Shown here: positions 1 through 13,771 of the stretch, piece after piece
Position numbering within the stretch: the stretch's first letter is position 1
How the letters are laid out: each line of letters begins with the position of its first letter
From: Octopus vulgaris
Taxonomy: Eukaryota
Length of the DNA stretch: 64,000 nucleotides
Assembly (NCBI GenBank): GCA_951406725.2
Contig: OX597815.1
Location: forward strand, 125,116,001 to 125,180,000
Direction: 5' to 3'
The notes under the pieces: generated by a model
What the model was told of the DNA's origin: nothing
The model's database searches: none
What the model saw: the letters and a program-made list of their open reading frames with translations, nothing else
Position numbers and translations under genes: made by a program

Positions 1-1411
1 GCTCAGAATTTTCATAACTCAATTTAGGCCCAAAACAGAGATAGTGGTATTGGTGGTGGTGGTGTTGTTATAAATACAGGTATCCTGGACTGCAACCAAG
101 AGGGCCACAACTAATTGGTAGTCAAACATACATGGACATACACTAGCCTTCACTCACAGATGATCTGTCACCCAACTCTAATTTTTCTATCGCTACTAAA
201 ATGTCCTTTTTTCCTTAGAGCTGGCTGCACCCATACTTCTGCCACCCAGGTGTTCCAAAACCACTTGTCTACTATACCCAGCCCTTCCTCCCCAGAATAT
301 CAACCTTCTGGAATCTTCTCTCTGCCCATGTCTTTCTTGCAGGTATTGACCTGCAATGATTTAATGGAACATTAACAGCATCTAACTCAGCTATCCCAAA
401 GGGCCCAAACAAAAGTCCCATGCAAAACTCATAGGCACTACCCCTTCCTCAAAACTACGACAGCAACATACACACACACTTGCACACACACATGTATACG
501 CACACTTACACACAAATACACACTCTAGAGATATATAAATAGATGCAGACATCTCCAGAATATATATCTAAATACGCAAATACGTTTTAGATGTAAAAAT
601 CTTCATTACTACAGACATTAGAAAATTCATATTGTGATGTGTATGCATGCAGTGAACAGACACAAACGTACACATATACACACACACACACACAAGCATA
701 CACATACAAAGATGCTAACACACAAAACACTTATTCAATCAATGTAGCGTGCTGATGCACAGTTATACAACGACTGCAAAGAGACATCCCAGCATGCACT
801 CTATAAGCAAGCTACGTCATTTTTCCATAAAAAGATCAGAAAGAAGAAAAAAATAAAATAAAAATTCAGACTGCAAGAAGATCAATGCTCCTAAGTTAGA
901 TCTCGGCACTCCCATGGTTGATGTGCAGTCTGAGGCAGCTAGTAGGATAGAGCCAGTGTTGTAGCCTATAGTTGATACAATAGTCTCCAAGCACTTGTAT
1001 ATCAAACAGCCATCAAAGCTACTAGCTGTCATCACTAACTCTACTCACACTTACTCCCACTGATTGCAAGTAAGAAACCAAGAGGAAGTGTACTCAAAAG
1101 TTCTAACAATGATGAGAGAGGATATTAAGCAAAAGTTCCTTAGTAAATATAAACCCACCACCATCACCACCACCACCAAACACACAAAAAAAAGAGAGAA
1201 AAGAATAAAATAAAACAATCAACAAAAACCCTAAGAGTTTACTTCTTTGATTTTTATAATTGTGTATAGTTTTTTTTTTGTTTTGTTAAATTTTTCCTAG
1301 CCTCTCCCTCTCTCTGTTTATGTTTGTGTGTGTCACTTTCTCTCTCTCTCTCTCTCGCTCTCTCTGTCTTTGACTTTCCTTTATTTAAACTCAGTACAAT
1401 CCAATTACTAA

Positions 1412-1474
1412 TTAATGTTTATCGTAATAATGATTATTTTGTAGGAAGGAAAAGAACAAACAGGCTTCGGGAAT
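1412..1474 (-). other. Candidate terminal exon of the minus-strand host gene (phase-0 reading IPEACLFFSFLQNNHYYDKH*), UTR-like sequence continuing to the window edge
   Basis: Very long polypyrimidine tract ending ...ttttttctctttaactgtAG|ATTCCC at 1474; downstream 1.4 kb lacks recognisable TEs. Linkage and phase unproven. Confidence 0.3.
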
Positions 1475-2679
1475 CTACAGTTAAAGAGAAAAAACAGAAA
1501 AAAATATATACATGAAAAAGCATTACAAAACCAAATAAAAGTAAAGAAAAACAGAGAAAAGAAAGTAAAGCAAGAAAATAAAAAAGAAAAAAAAAACATC
1601 TAAAGGAAACAGTTTTAATTCAGACACTTTATTTTGTGATAGTTGTACAAGAAAGGAGTTTGATATTTTACATATACACACATGCATATTCACACACACA
1701 TACATACACACACCCACCCCACACACCCACACCCACATGCATATATACATGCATGCATGCTTACATATAAGCATATACATAGAACAATTTTAACAAGTCA
1801 GCTATTTGATGAATGAAACACCAAATAATAAACAGAAAAAATATATTCCAGCAACTGAAGTCACAATAATGAGTTTATGTGAAGGCCTATGGAAAGAACA
1901 AAAGCCCTTATGTAGCACATCAAAATTGCCACTTCTCTTGTAGGTAATGCTGAAACATATATTCAGTTCCATTTTTAATGTAATATATCATATACATTCA
2001 TATACATACATATACAGGCGTGCATGCGTGCACACACACACATATACATCCATACACATAGATATATATATATACATACATATAAGCACACACACACACA
2101 CACAGGTTTGAAACATTAATATTAATCAAGATGCAAATCGATAGACTAAACAGTCAATGCCAGGACTTTCTGTCTCGTTTAATTTTAATTAAGTTAACAT
2201 CTACTAATGTCTTTCATTCACAAGTTATTGATTCAATGAATTTCTTTTGTCTCTTGTTAAATATGTTGGGATTTCAGGCTTAAAAACAACTATTTTGTAT
2301 TTTTATTTATCTATTTTATCTATTCATTTCCATCTGGGAATAATATTTCTGTACTCTGACATAGTTCCCAATCTGACAATATACAGCCTAGTTGTGATGA
2401 TCACACTACATTGTGATACCCAACTATTTCTCTCAAACTATTCGTCATTGATATTTAAATCAACTGACAATAATTATATAGCATGTTCAAACTCACACAT
2501 GATTTCATAAGTAATTTAACTGGCAATCAATATCTCTCATATTCACAATATGATAAAAAGCTTCTGTAAACATCGAAGTTAACACAATCTTTACATAGAT
2601 GAATGATTCATAACGATAAATGTTGAGAGTTTATTTCGTCCTGTCACAAGCCACAGCATTTTGTAGAGCCAGGACTTAG

Positions 2680-2890
2680 CACTAGGTTCTACAGCATTTA
2701 AGCAAAGAACCACCTATTTCTTAGTATAATGCCCAGGATGCTAGTCCTTTTCAGGTACCTGCTCAATAAGGTCAGCTACCAATTTCCATCAGCTAGGTAA
2801 ACTCTTTCTAATACAATAAAGAGTCTTATGTAGAGACACAAATATTTTCTTCATGGGATATGAACTTACTTTACATGTTCCTGAATGCAA
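2680..2890 (-). mobile_element. Very old tRNA-derived SINE remnant
   Basis: Degenerate reverse-complement of a core segment and box B (gagtcttatgtagagacaca...gggatatgaact). Confidence 0.35.
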
Positions 2891-3054
2891 CAAGAAGAAT
2901 ATATTCAAAGCATATTTTCCAAATGGTACACTCAGGAGTAGTTAAGCATCTGTCCAGAAAAGCATGTTAAGAAGTACATAAAAACACTGTTCTCTATCGG
3001 TAGGACTTAAATAGGGAATACAGCCAAACTACATTGTATAATAACTATTATTAT

Positions 3055-3660
3055 CATCATTTGAACAATTAGTTTTCTTGCTCCTATTAAATAGGTTTCC
3101 TATACACCTATCTTGATCCTTTGTCACCTAATCCTTGAAACCCATAACGGAGATCAGATCTTCTAACTTCATCTCTTTTGATGTTTTCCACATTTTTCCT
3201 TTGCTTGAAGTCCTTCCATGTCAGCATATGGCAATACAATCAATATGTCCCATACCAGTGCAGTTAGTTGTCTCCCTTACATACATCAACTGATGTCTCT
3301 AACGATCAGTCCTGACTCTCAGCTGACTTATGTTGTCTCTTTTCCTTGCACATCCAATGATTCATGCCTGACTCATTATTCTTTAGCCACTGCAGATTGC
3401 CTGCATTCAGTATCCATGTTTCACTACCATGCAGCATCTCATTTCTGATACAGACTTCATACAGCTTTCTTTTTGCATGGAAAAAAAAAACAAAAAAAAA
3501 CCTTTCATTGCCAACTGATCTAACAACACTCTAATCTTTCCCCTACCCACATCCTTTCTCTCATTAATATTCTTTTACTAAAAACACCTCAGCATGAAAT
3601 ATGTCACCTAGGTAACAGAAACAATTTACTGCTTGTAGTGAGCCATTTCAGAAGTTCACA
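3055..3660 (-). mobile_element. RTE-clade LINE 3' fragment, decayed
   Basis: Minus translation with stops and frameshifts: FCYLGD, KRKLYEVCIRNEMLHGSETW, LHWYG, typical of the RTE post-RT region. Confidence 0.8.
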
Positions 3661-4259
3661 GAATTTTTCAGAAGTAAATAGAAAGGCTTCAGCAATTCAA
3701 ACAGAGGAGTTCATTCTCTCAAGAATTTCAATGAAAAAAAAAATGTCCTAAGCAATCTAAATGAGGATTATAAGAGTAAACATTTTCAACAATTTGCTGT
3801 CACTTTCATCATGGTGGAAAGTTCAATATACCTTACATTGTATACTTTTGTTTAAACAGCAATTTTTGACAGTCTGAAAATTATAATAGACAGTATACAG
3901 AAGATAATCATCTTTAGCATTATCATCTGCATCTACATTTTACATTTTCTTAATTATAATAGAAAGAAAATGACCACACTGGAGTTATATACAGGCCTAC
4001 TACATATTTGTTTATTAATTGAAATATCCAGCATTTTATTGTTTTGGAGTGGGTCACTTTGTTTTACACTACCCAGTTATGTTTTCAAGAATGGGTAACA
4101 GATCGCATGCAATTGTTAAGTGCAATAAGTTAATGAGAAAACTAATGATGGACCTTTGTGTTGTTGCTCAATCTTTCATAAATAACAGTAAAATTTGCCT
4201 CCAATCACACTCTACCATCTTTAAAAAAAATTAAAATTAATAAAGATTTCATAATATAA

Positions 4260-4355
4260 TCCTAGATATACAAAAATGTAGGATGATCAAAGCTGGAATG
4301 CCTCTAACAGAAGGTCTGCATGATCACAGCTGACCTGAGGCTAAGCAACAACAAT
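4260..4355 (+). repeat. Interspersed repeat family F, 3' part ending in ggctaa(caa)n
   Basis: Similar to 38770-38988 and 50345-50535; retroposon-like (CAA)n tail. Confidence 0.55.
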
Positions 4356-4632
4356 AGCCTGCAACAGAATAGCATTCTATCAGAGAGGAGAATAATTTTT
4401 CATCAGCTGTGTATGATGAAAGCATAGCTAAACTGAAGATCAGATATGTCCCTTGAGATTTTAGACATTTTTTTTTATTATATCTCTAGCAAGCCACTGT
4501 GAAATATCTGCCATTAATATTTTATCTCATTACAGGGTTGTACAAAAACAGTGTCTCTGAGTTTTCTATAAGCCTGTAACCCAATATCATACATATTCAG
4601 ACATTTCAGTTCTACATTGTGCATACATACAT

Positions 4633-4675
<43 letters not shown>

Positions 4676-4679
<4 letters not shown>

Positions 4680-5470
4680 GGAAGTTGTGGAGAAAGAAAT
4701 GTAAAAGTGGACATAACTTTTTTATTAACTGATACAGGTCATTCAAATTGCACATGTTGGTAGAGTAACTCTTCCTGTTCTTCACTGTAGACAAATAATG
4801 AGTTCCAAGCAGGAGCAACTAGCCATCATTGAATTGTTGACAAAGGAGGGGTGTGGGTTGTCCAGCAGCCACTCAAAGTAAAGGTTGTTTAAGGAGATGA
4901 CACCATTGACAAGAGCAATGCACACAGATGGATGAAGTTTAAAGGAAGGGAAACTGGCACTCAAGGCAACCTACAGTGGGAGACCCTCAACTACAACCAT
5001 TGACATGAATTGCCAGTGAATGGACAAAATGATTTGCACAGATGAATCATATTTTGAAAACTTCTGCACAACTGGACTGTGGCCATAATGCATTACACAA
5101 AATGATGGAAGACTTTGAGTAACAAGAAGTATGTGCAAAGTGAACACCTTGGTAGCTGATACTTGATTTGGAGGAGAAAAGGATATGAATCTGCTCTGAG
5201 TTGCTGGAAGCATTTGAAGCTAATAAAGACTTTTTTTTCTCTCATCTTGTCACAAAGGATGAAATTTATGATCTGAAAATGAAGATTCAGCCCATGGAAC
5301 AGAGTCATACCTCTACTCCAAGCCTTAAGTTCAAGAGCTGGTGACTTTTTCTTTCTTTTTTTTTTTATTTTGATGACAATGGTATTAATCTCCCTGATTT
5401 CCAGGAATATCATCAATGAGCAATACACTGAGGTACTCAAAATGTTTGGCATTACTTCTGGTATAACCCT

Positions 5471-5473
<3 letters not shown>
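4676..5473 (+). mobile_element. Mariner-type DNA transposon fossil, internally deleted
   Basis: MSSKQEQLAIIELLTKEG...GDDTIDKSNAHRW...SGRPST...VTKDE; 3' TIR-like ttggcattacttctggtataaccct. Confidence 0.8.
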
Positions 5474-5531
<58 letters not shown>

Positions 5532-5573
5532 TACACATGCACGTGCTGCATGCATACACAGATAAAGATAAGG

Positions 5574-5718
5574 TAATGTGGTCAAAAAAGTTTCCCATCC
5601 ATGTGGTTCTAGGTTCTGTCCCATTGTGTGACAGCTTAGGTAAGTGTCTTCTAAAAACTCTGGGTAACCAATGCTTGGTGAGGGAATTTGGCAGAGAAAA
5701 ATTAAGTGAGAGCCCAAA
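5574..5718 (+). mobile_element. SINE family A head (tRNA-derived, CORE-like), diverged
   Basis: Aligns by eye to 15811-15966 and 47863-48027. Confidence 0.7.
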
Positions 5719-6294
5719 GTGTGTCTGAATGCTATTTGTGTTTGTCTCTCGCTACTTCACAACTGAGGCTGAATAGTTTGAATATACACATATACACCCA
5801 CCTATCCAAACACACACAAACACACATATATATATATATACAAGAAAGACAAAAATAAAGACAATCCCTATTTACTAAAGGGGCAGCTATTTTTCGTATT
5901 CCAGTCAGTGCTGACTGAGACCAACCCAACACTGCCACTAAAGCTAATAATTAGGTGTGCCATATGACATCATCAGCAACACTGAGTTTAATGATTCCCT
6001 CTACTTAGATCATTATGTCCAAGCAAGTTCAGACATATAATTTAGTTCATTAGGGCAACACAAAGCAAGAGTTGTTTGTCAACTTGCCTATATGTGAGTA
6101 CACCTCTTTTACACATCTTCCATTGCTAACATTCTTATCAAAAAAATACAAATCGACGAAGTTATTGTGAATCCTAGAATATTCCCATAGTTGGTATTCT
6201 TAATGAATATTAAACATTTAGGTTTCAATGCACTGAAGATACAGACACACACACACACACACACACACACATATGTATATTTATCTATTTATAT

Positions 6295-6382
6295 ATCATT
6301 ATCATCATTTAACATTGTCCATGCTGGCATGGGTTGGACGGTTTGATTGGAGCTGGCAAGCTGAAAGGCTGCACCAGACTCA
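6295..6382 (-). mobile_element. SINE family B 3' fragment
   Basis: catttaacattgtccatgctggcatgggttggacgg, shared with 10471 and 60665. Confidence 0.7.
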
Positions 6383-6405
6383 GGTATATACATGTATATG
6401 TGTGC

Positions 6406-6438
<33 letters not shown>

Positions 6439-6481
6439 CAAATATACCCACATACTTATGTCTACATAAGTATCAGGGTGA

Positions 6482-6542
<61 letters not shown>

Positions 6543-6574
6543 ATATAAGGACACCCATTGTATTCAAACATATT

Positions 6575-6730
6575 CTTTCCTTCTTTTACCAGCTTCGGTC
6601 ACTGGATATGGTTATGTTGCAGCAGCACCTTCAAAGGAATCAGTTCAGTACATCAACACCAGTATTTATTTCACCTTAGTACTTTTATCAATCTCTTTTT
6701 GTCGTACTACTAAGTAAGTGGTCATAAGCA
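6575..6730 (-). mobile_element. SINE family A 3' module, diverged
   Basis: Similar to 14446-14645. Confidence 0.55.
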
Positions 6731-8261
6731 ACAAAGCAAGCATAAACATCCAGACAGAGAATCATGCCAAAAGTGGAACACTCCAACCTATACCAACATT
6801 GAAAGCTTAGCTAAAAATTATGATTAAATAAATTATGAATCAACAGCATGTTTTCAAATTAACAAAATCACACCATATCATGTTATAATAATGAGCATAT
6901 TGTATCTAATGCTCAGTTGCACTACAACTTCTCATGTTTACTACATATACATATTTGTATATGAACACGCTGACAACAAGAAACAAAACCGATGCTTTTG
7001 TGCATATAATTGTAGTGCAGTTTAGTTAATTAACTAATTGGTGACATTAATGAATCTTTCCCTGTTAGCATAAGTAAGATGGGGTTGCTGGTCTGAGCCA
7101 CTTCCCATTGGGAGAACTGCTCTTAAAGTCAAGGTACTTGGAAATGTCATTTCACTTGGTTTCTATGGCTGGATGCCCTTCCTAAAGCCAATCACTTTAT
7201 AGATTAAAAAATATGGCCACTTCAATATATAAATAATTCAAAAGTTGATGAAATTTCATACAATAACGTTATTTTGTCTTACTATGGGCTGTTATGCATT
7301 TTTATCTACTACTTTCTGTTGTTCAAAATATATATATATATATTTTTATATATAATTTAAAACAAGAGAATTGATTGCTTTGTTAGCAGACATAAGCTAG
7401 AAACCTACTACTTACTGTGTGTCTCAGTTGCAACCTACTACAGCAAAAATACATCATAAATAGATAAGAAGGAGGAGATGTTACCAAGGTTTCATCAAAC
7501 TTTCTTTTGATTTTATTGATCAGAAATCAATACTGTTTGTTACATTAGAAAGAAGAAAACATAGTTGGAGATGGTTTTTTTGAAATATTTCCAAGGTAAA
7601 CCTTTCTCATAAGATTATGTCACTCTGAAAATGCACAAACAAATCTTAGAATATGGGCGTCTTGGGTGGGGATATATGAGGTGGAACATTAATCAAATTC
7701 ACATAGGTGTATTATTTCTGAAATGTTACAGGTTGTTTATAAGTAAAAATAAGTAATAGGTATCAAATAATGATACAAGATATCCATTAATCAGAGAAGA
7801 ATAAATGTGTTGACCACAGTACACTCAATGTGGAATATAAGGAACTGAAAGATTGAATGAGTGTAGAATGCAAAATGGTAACAGCATTGATTGGCATATA
7901 AGAGGTAAAGAAAAAGAAAGATAACGTAAATGCTTCAGTTGAAAGATATAATGAGAATACATAATGCATTCTAAAAATTTTATGCATGTCAATGATGGTA
8001 AATCACCATGATGGTAATAAAGAACTCCCCAAAACAAATCAACGATAGCTACAAAACTGATGATGAAGTAAAAAAAAGACCAACCTAATCCATGCCCAGT
8101 ATAACAAAACAAGAATTAAATTTATGGTGAAGTTAACGATTTGGATAATGTTAACAATAAGTTTGATGATAATGACAATGATGTCGATGATAACAATAAC
8201 GATTGTGAACATTATACGATTATGATAATGCAAAATGTTCTCCATGTTTTGCTACATTACA

Positions 8262-9030
8262 GTCATCATCATTTTATGTTCATCTCCTATGCTGGCATGG
8301 GTAGCATGCTTCAATAGAATTCAAAAGGCCAGATGACCATGATGCACCAAAGTCTCATTTTTAGCATGGTTGGCACAGCTAGATGCTCATCCCTAACATC
8401 AAACACTTTACAGAGTGTACTGAATGCCTTTTTCATAGTAGCAGCACCACAAGGACGCCTCACCACCAGCAAGAACCAATTCAAGCCCTGCGTTGTAGCT
8501 ACCTGGATTGGTAACCAATCACTGATAGAATGTACTGGGTAGCTTTTGTATCACCAGTACTGTTGGGGTCATGTTACAACTTGTAAAGCAAAAAAGAGCC
8601 CCCATGATGGATGAAATATATTTGTTCTGAGCGTATGGTAATGGAGAGAATAACAGAGGAAAAAGTATTAAGGTAGGAGTGATGGAGACAGAGGAGAGAC
8701 AAAGAAGAGTAATGATAGGGATTAGTATGAAGGAAAAGGGTGACAAAGTGGTAACAGTAATGAGTTGGGTTGAATAAGTGGCCCCAGTAATAGGGTGGCC
8801 CAGTCAGTTTGGACAATTCATCAAGATAGTTCTTACTAGAGTTACACAAATTAGGAGGAGAGAATAACAGAGACAATGTTAGGGAAAGGGGTAATAGAAG
8901 GGAAAATAAAAAATGATGTCAGTTTAGTGAGAGTTAGAGAGTAATAGGACAGTAACTGGGGGGTGGGGGTGAGTAGAAACCGGACTGCTACCTTATGTTA
9001 TACAAGAGTAGGAAAAGTGACACACCGAAG
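8262..9030 (-). mobile_element. SINE family B with long purine-rich (plus-strand) extension, old copy
   Basis: Tail and core at 8262-8450; extension has the same character as 36450-36960. Confidence 0.55.
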
Positions 9031-9182
9031 GAAAGAGGACAAAAACCATTGAACCCTATTCCAACTTTTGTTTTTTGCTCATTTATTTTTTCTGTTTCTG
9101 GCATTATTTAGTGTCCAACACATTTTTTTACAGCAGAGAAGACTTTCCTGTTGATTTTTTTTCTGACACTACTTGATCGACA

Positions 9183-9285
9183 ATGATGATGATGATGTTG
9201 ATGATGATGGTATTGATGATGATGTTGATGATGATGGTATTGATGATGATGATGTTGATGATGATGGTGTTGATGATGATGATGT
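9183..9285. repeat. (GAT)n trinucleotide microsatellite, interrupted
   Basis: Seen directly; source of the His-rich ORF. Confidence 0.95.
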
Positions 9286-10154
9286 CCAAATGAATTCAAA
9301 TCACATTTAAAGTAAATAATGTTCCATAGTAAAAAAAAAAAAAAATTATACACACTACAATGCATTACATAGTGAATGTTATTTATCTATTCATATCATG
9401 TCTGAAACAAGAACCATATGTATACAAACTGATACCAAATCAACAGCCAAAAACCTATATTACAAAACCAAAAAAAAAAAGTAGAATAAAGAATTAAAAA
9501 AAACCTGGTCAAAAAATATATAAAAATTAAAAAATAAACACTTGAAACAAAATTAGTAAATCACTAAACCATTTAGTGGCAACAAGAAATAGCAAAGACA
9601 TACTAAATTGAGCATAATAAAGTATTTCTGAAATAGATAAATAGACCAACAGCCTATTTCCAGTTTCAGAGAATGACATCAACACAAAACCAATAAATAA
9701 TATTGATAATGCTTGAAGTTACATTCTCCATTGGACTTTTAACTGATGACATTTTAACATAAACTGTAGCAATAGCAATAGAACAAATGATATTAATACA
9801 AAATTCAAGGATTTATAATCAACACCATTCTAAATATTGTAGTTCCAGCTTTCACAACAATTGGTTTGAGACATTAGTCAGATATTTAGACACACAACTG
9901 TTAATTCTATTGACAGTGTATGTGGTTATGTACATTTATGCATGAGTATGAATATCTATGGGTGCAGCCCTGTGTGCACATACCAGTTTCTTTCTTTTAA
10001 TGCTTCTGTGTGAATAAATGCACGCGCGTGTGTGTGTGTGAGTGATGATAATGATGATATATATAAATAAACTATACTTTTTTATTGCAATCCTCACCAA
10101 TTCTTTCCAGAATGGAAAAGTAGGCATAATCTAATGATAGTGTGGATGATACAA

Positions 10155-10306
10155 GTATAGCTGAGTGTGTCAAAAAGCTTAATTCCAAGCCAAGTAGCTT
10201 TTGAATTCAGTTCCATTGTGTGGCATCTTCAGTAGGTATCTTTTATTAGACCTACAGACCATCTAAAGCCTTGTGAATGAATTTGATTCACTGAAAGAAG
10301 CCTGTC
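10155..10306 (+). mobile_element. SINE family A head, diverged
   Basis: ...aaagccttgtgaatgaatttg...actgaaagaagcctgtc, followed by (CA)n. Confidence 0.7.
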
Positions 10307-10344
10307 TACACAGACACACACACATGCACACACACACATTTATA

Positions 10345-10445
10345 TGTATAAACACACAGTTGCGTATTAGTGCAGCATATAGCTAGGTAACAATTTGCAT
10401 TATAAGTATACCAAGTTCTAATAACCAAGTATTGATACTGCTGTG
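10345..10445. repeat. Left arm of an inverted duplication (partner 16095-16198)
   Basis: 10392-10439 is the exact reverse complement of 16102-16149 (48 bp). Confidence 0.9.
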
Positions 10446-10470
10446 TGCATGCATCCACATATATATATAT

Positions 10471-10860
10471 ATCATCATTATCATCATCGTCATTTAATGT
10501 CTGCTTTCCATGCTGACATGGGTTGGACAGTTTGACTGAGGGCTGGCAAGCCAGAAGGCTACACCAGGCTCCAATCTGATCTGGCAAAGTTTCTACAGCT
10601 GGATGACCTTCCTAATGCCAACCACTCCAAGAGTGTAGTGGATGCTTTTTACATGCCACTGGCACGAGGGCCAGTCAGGTGGTACAGGCATCGACTATGC
10701 TTGAATGTTGTTTTTATGTGCCAGTGGCATGGGAGCCAATCAGGCGGCACTGGCAACAACCATGCTCGAATGATGTTTTTTACATGCTATCGGCACAGGA
10801 CCAGTCAGCCAGCACTGGTATTGACCACGCTCGAATGGTGCTTTTTACGTGCTTTTTTAC
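10471..10860 (-). mobile_element. SINE family B with internal ~65-bp tandem repeats
   Basis: (CAT)n tail and tttctacagctggatgaccttcctaatgccaaccac core; repeat units start at 10646, 10711, 10777 and 10842. Confidence 0.85.
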
Positions 10861-11019
10861 ATGTGTGTGTGTGTGCATGTGTATACACAAGCACACATAT
10901 ATATACACACACAAACCTATATATCAGTCTTTCTGCTGATCAATATATACATGTGTGTGTGAGTGTGTGTAGTCAGAAAAGGCAGGCCCACTCTATTGAT
11001 TGGCATTCAAGCTTTAATC

Positions 11020-11345
11020 ACTAACAGATACACTCCAGTCTCTGACCCACTGGAATGCTGTCACTCCGCTCTGTCTTTTCTATTACTACTATAATGACCT
11101 CTGTCCATTGGAGATTGCTCATTGCATATCTCCTACAATCAAGCACCCCAACACACTTGTCTCTCTACTTTTCATCACTTGTTGCATCAAGCCCCTTCTG
11201 CTGGCCTTGCACTAAACACTATATCCAGGTCTTCATCCCCAGAACATTGGCACTGACCCTGTGAAATCTTCTCTATGTTCACATCTTCTCTGCTGGTGTT
11301 AACTTCCATTAATTTAAAAGGAATATTAATGACATCAAACTCACT
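11020..11345 (+). mobile_element. LINE 3' fragment, CR1/Zenon-like
   Basis: LTDTLQSLTH...LCLFYYYYNDLC...FIPRTL...FKRNIN resembles the LQPLxHRR..LFYRYY..FIPRT..LWN..FK C-terminus. Confidence 0.65.
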
Positions 11346-11851
11346 GGTCTTGTAAGGTATGCAAAGGTCATAAGCAATGTTGTTCCTACAGATTCAGCAG
11401 GTAAAAATAAATTAAAATAAAACATACATACATACATCTGTATATATATATACACACACACATGCATACATATATATATAGACACACATGCATACATAGA
11501 TATGTACACACATGCATACATACACAGATTTGAAAATTAAGACTAACACACATGTGTGTCTGTGTGTGGTGTGTATGTGCACATGTGCATGCATGTGTAC
11601 ACCAAGATGCACATCTCGGACTTCTCTGTCTCTATTCTTTGGAAATGGTTCATCCCATTCCTTTACCAGCAGCCCAACCCACACATCTCTCTCCATCTTT
11701 ACTGCACATGTTTTGGTGTCACATGTTTTGAGGGTACAAAGCTAGGGCATATGACAACAGTGTCACTACTTATGGCACAGAGCCTTTGCAAACAAGTACA
11801 TATGTATACATCAACACACACACAGGCTTGTGCACGCACAAACATATATAT

Positions 11852-11975
11852 TCTCTGTCTATCACCAAATCTATTCACAAGGCTGTGGTTAGCCTGGGTC
11901 TATAATAGAAGAAGCTGCAGAGAACCATGCTGGTTACAAAGCAAACTTCTTAACCACACAGCCATATCTGTGCCC
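11852..11975 (-). mobile_element. SINE family A head, internally deleted
   Basis: accaaatctattcacaaggc...cttaaccacacagcca. Confidence 0.7.
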
Positions 11976-12082
11976 ATGTATAGATATACATATATATATA
12001 GTGTGTGTGCGTGGGGGGGGTATTTATATGTGCACGAGTGTGTGCATGTATGTACACACACACACACACATACGTACATATA

Positions 12083-12718
12083 TACAGGGTACGATGGGTA
12101 AATTGTTGCCATTTTATATTTTTAATTTCATGCATGTGGATTGTTTTTTCATTTTGTCAACAACAAAATATGGTATGGTCAGATGGGCACCATCTGTGAG
12201 AAAAACAGCACCATGATGCAATTCACTCTACCAGATATTTGGAAATGACATGTTATACTGCTAGACATTCACGCTAGAAGCTCTAATACAAACATTTCAG
12301 AGTGTTAGGGTGTCAATCTGAGAACACTGCAATCTAAGGACATATACCAAATGTGATAAAAATCAAACATCTCGTCAACATCATAGTGTTTGGACTGATC
12401 ACTAGCGATGCAGATGTTATGCCCCCATTCATCTTCCCACACGGTCTCAGACTCAACATGGAAACCTACAACAAGTGTCTGGATGAAGCAGTGCTGCCCT
12501 AGGTCAAGAGGGTGGCTGCTGAAAGACCCTATATCTGACAACAGGACTCTGCACCATGCCCCACAAGCAGAAGAACCCAGTCATAACTGTCAGACAATTT
12601 CTACAACCACATCACCCTTAACATCTGGCCACAGAACTCCCCAGACTGCAACCTCCTTTGTTTATTATGTGTGGGGCACAGTTGAGTGAGAGACCAACAA
12701 AAGTCCTTGTAATACCTT
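12083..12718 (+). mobile_element. Tc1/mariner superfamily fossil, DD37D (maT-like), right end lost
   Basis: TACAGGGT start; VMPPFIFPHGLRLN...QQDSAP...WPQNSPDCNLL(D)YYVWG, with 37 residues between the 2nd Asp and the damaged 3rd Asp. Confidence 0.8.
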
Positions 12719-13771
12719 GTATCATGGGCACCAGATGTAGGTCTGGAAAGCTGGAAACCTCTAGTTTGTGAATACACATCGGCAGCAAATCTTAGATAGT
12801 TGCTCTCCAATGAATAGTAGTGACTGGGCTGGCCTCTTTAGGATTACCGCAGTCCAACTCTAAAGGGTGGGGGCGCCCAGAAAAGGTGGGGGTAAACATC
12901 AGACACAGCAATTCGATCTGGCTAGCATACTGTGGCTGGCAGACCTGCCACTCAACTGGCGGAACTCTAATTCTACTCATCCGTCATTGACTACTAAATC
13001 CTTTGTTTCACAACCTCTCACTTTCAGGGTCTGGAACATCCACACTCTCCAGGACAAGAGTGACATTAATCGTCCAGAGCGACATACAGCCCTTGTTTGT
13101 AAGGAACTTGCCCACTTCAACATCGACATGGCAGCCTTATGCGAAACTAGGCTTCCTGGAGAAGACAACATCAGAGAAACTGGTTCCAAATACACCATTT
13201 TTTGGAAGGGAAAGAATCCTAATGAGCCACGCATCCATGGAGTTGGCCTTGCCATGAAAATGAAACTCATTGATCAACACAGACTCATCCCAACTGCTGT
13301 CAGCGAGTGCCTGAACACTGTTTGGATCCCACTCATTTGGGACAGATACCTTACGCTGATCTCTGTGTATGCCCCTACTCTCACATCTGAAGACAAAATC
13401 AATGCTTCATTCTATAATCTGCTGGACCGCACCATCCAGGCAGTCCCTGCTCATGACAAACTCCTTGTGTTGGGGGAATTTAACAGCAGAGTTTGTAGTG
13501 ACCATTGACTGTGGAACAGCATTCTTGGACATCACAGCATTGGGAAATGAAATGCCAATGGCCAGCTCCTCCTGGGCCTTTGTGCCAAGCATGAACTTGT
13601 CATCAACAACTCCCTATTTTGTCTCCCTACCCGACAAAAGGTGACCTACGGTCTAAACACTGGCACATCCTAGACTATGTTCTGATAAGATCCAAGGACA
13701 GATGAGATGTATGCATCATCTGCTCCATACCTGGTGCAGCTGGCTGCTGGACAGATCACCGCCTTCTTAGG
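12719..13771 (+). mobile_element. RTE/BovB-like LINE 5' end: UTR plus APE endonuclease pseudo-ORF
   Basis: WNIHTL, RPERHTALVCKELAHFNID, LCETRL, HGVG, ISVYAPT, LGEFNSRV, HILDYVL, WTDHRL; stops present. Confidence 0.92.

Noticed and set aside
1-15. Minus-strand ATG (MKILS...) running off the window
   Set aside because: Five codons are no evidence, although a 5' UTR reading of the 1474 exon cannot be excluded.
1005-1030. miR-2-like agctttgatg on the minus strand
   Set aside because: The seed half (TATCACAG) is missing.
9108-9365. His-rich ORF resembling a metal-binding peptide
   Set aside because: Produced by a (CAT)n microsatellite; no supporting splice or coding context.
11348-11388. Minus-strand 41-nt exon candidate (AG|...|GTGAGT)
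   Set aside because: Gives a stop in phase 0, the phase left by exon 23367; weak acceptor.
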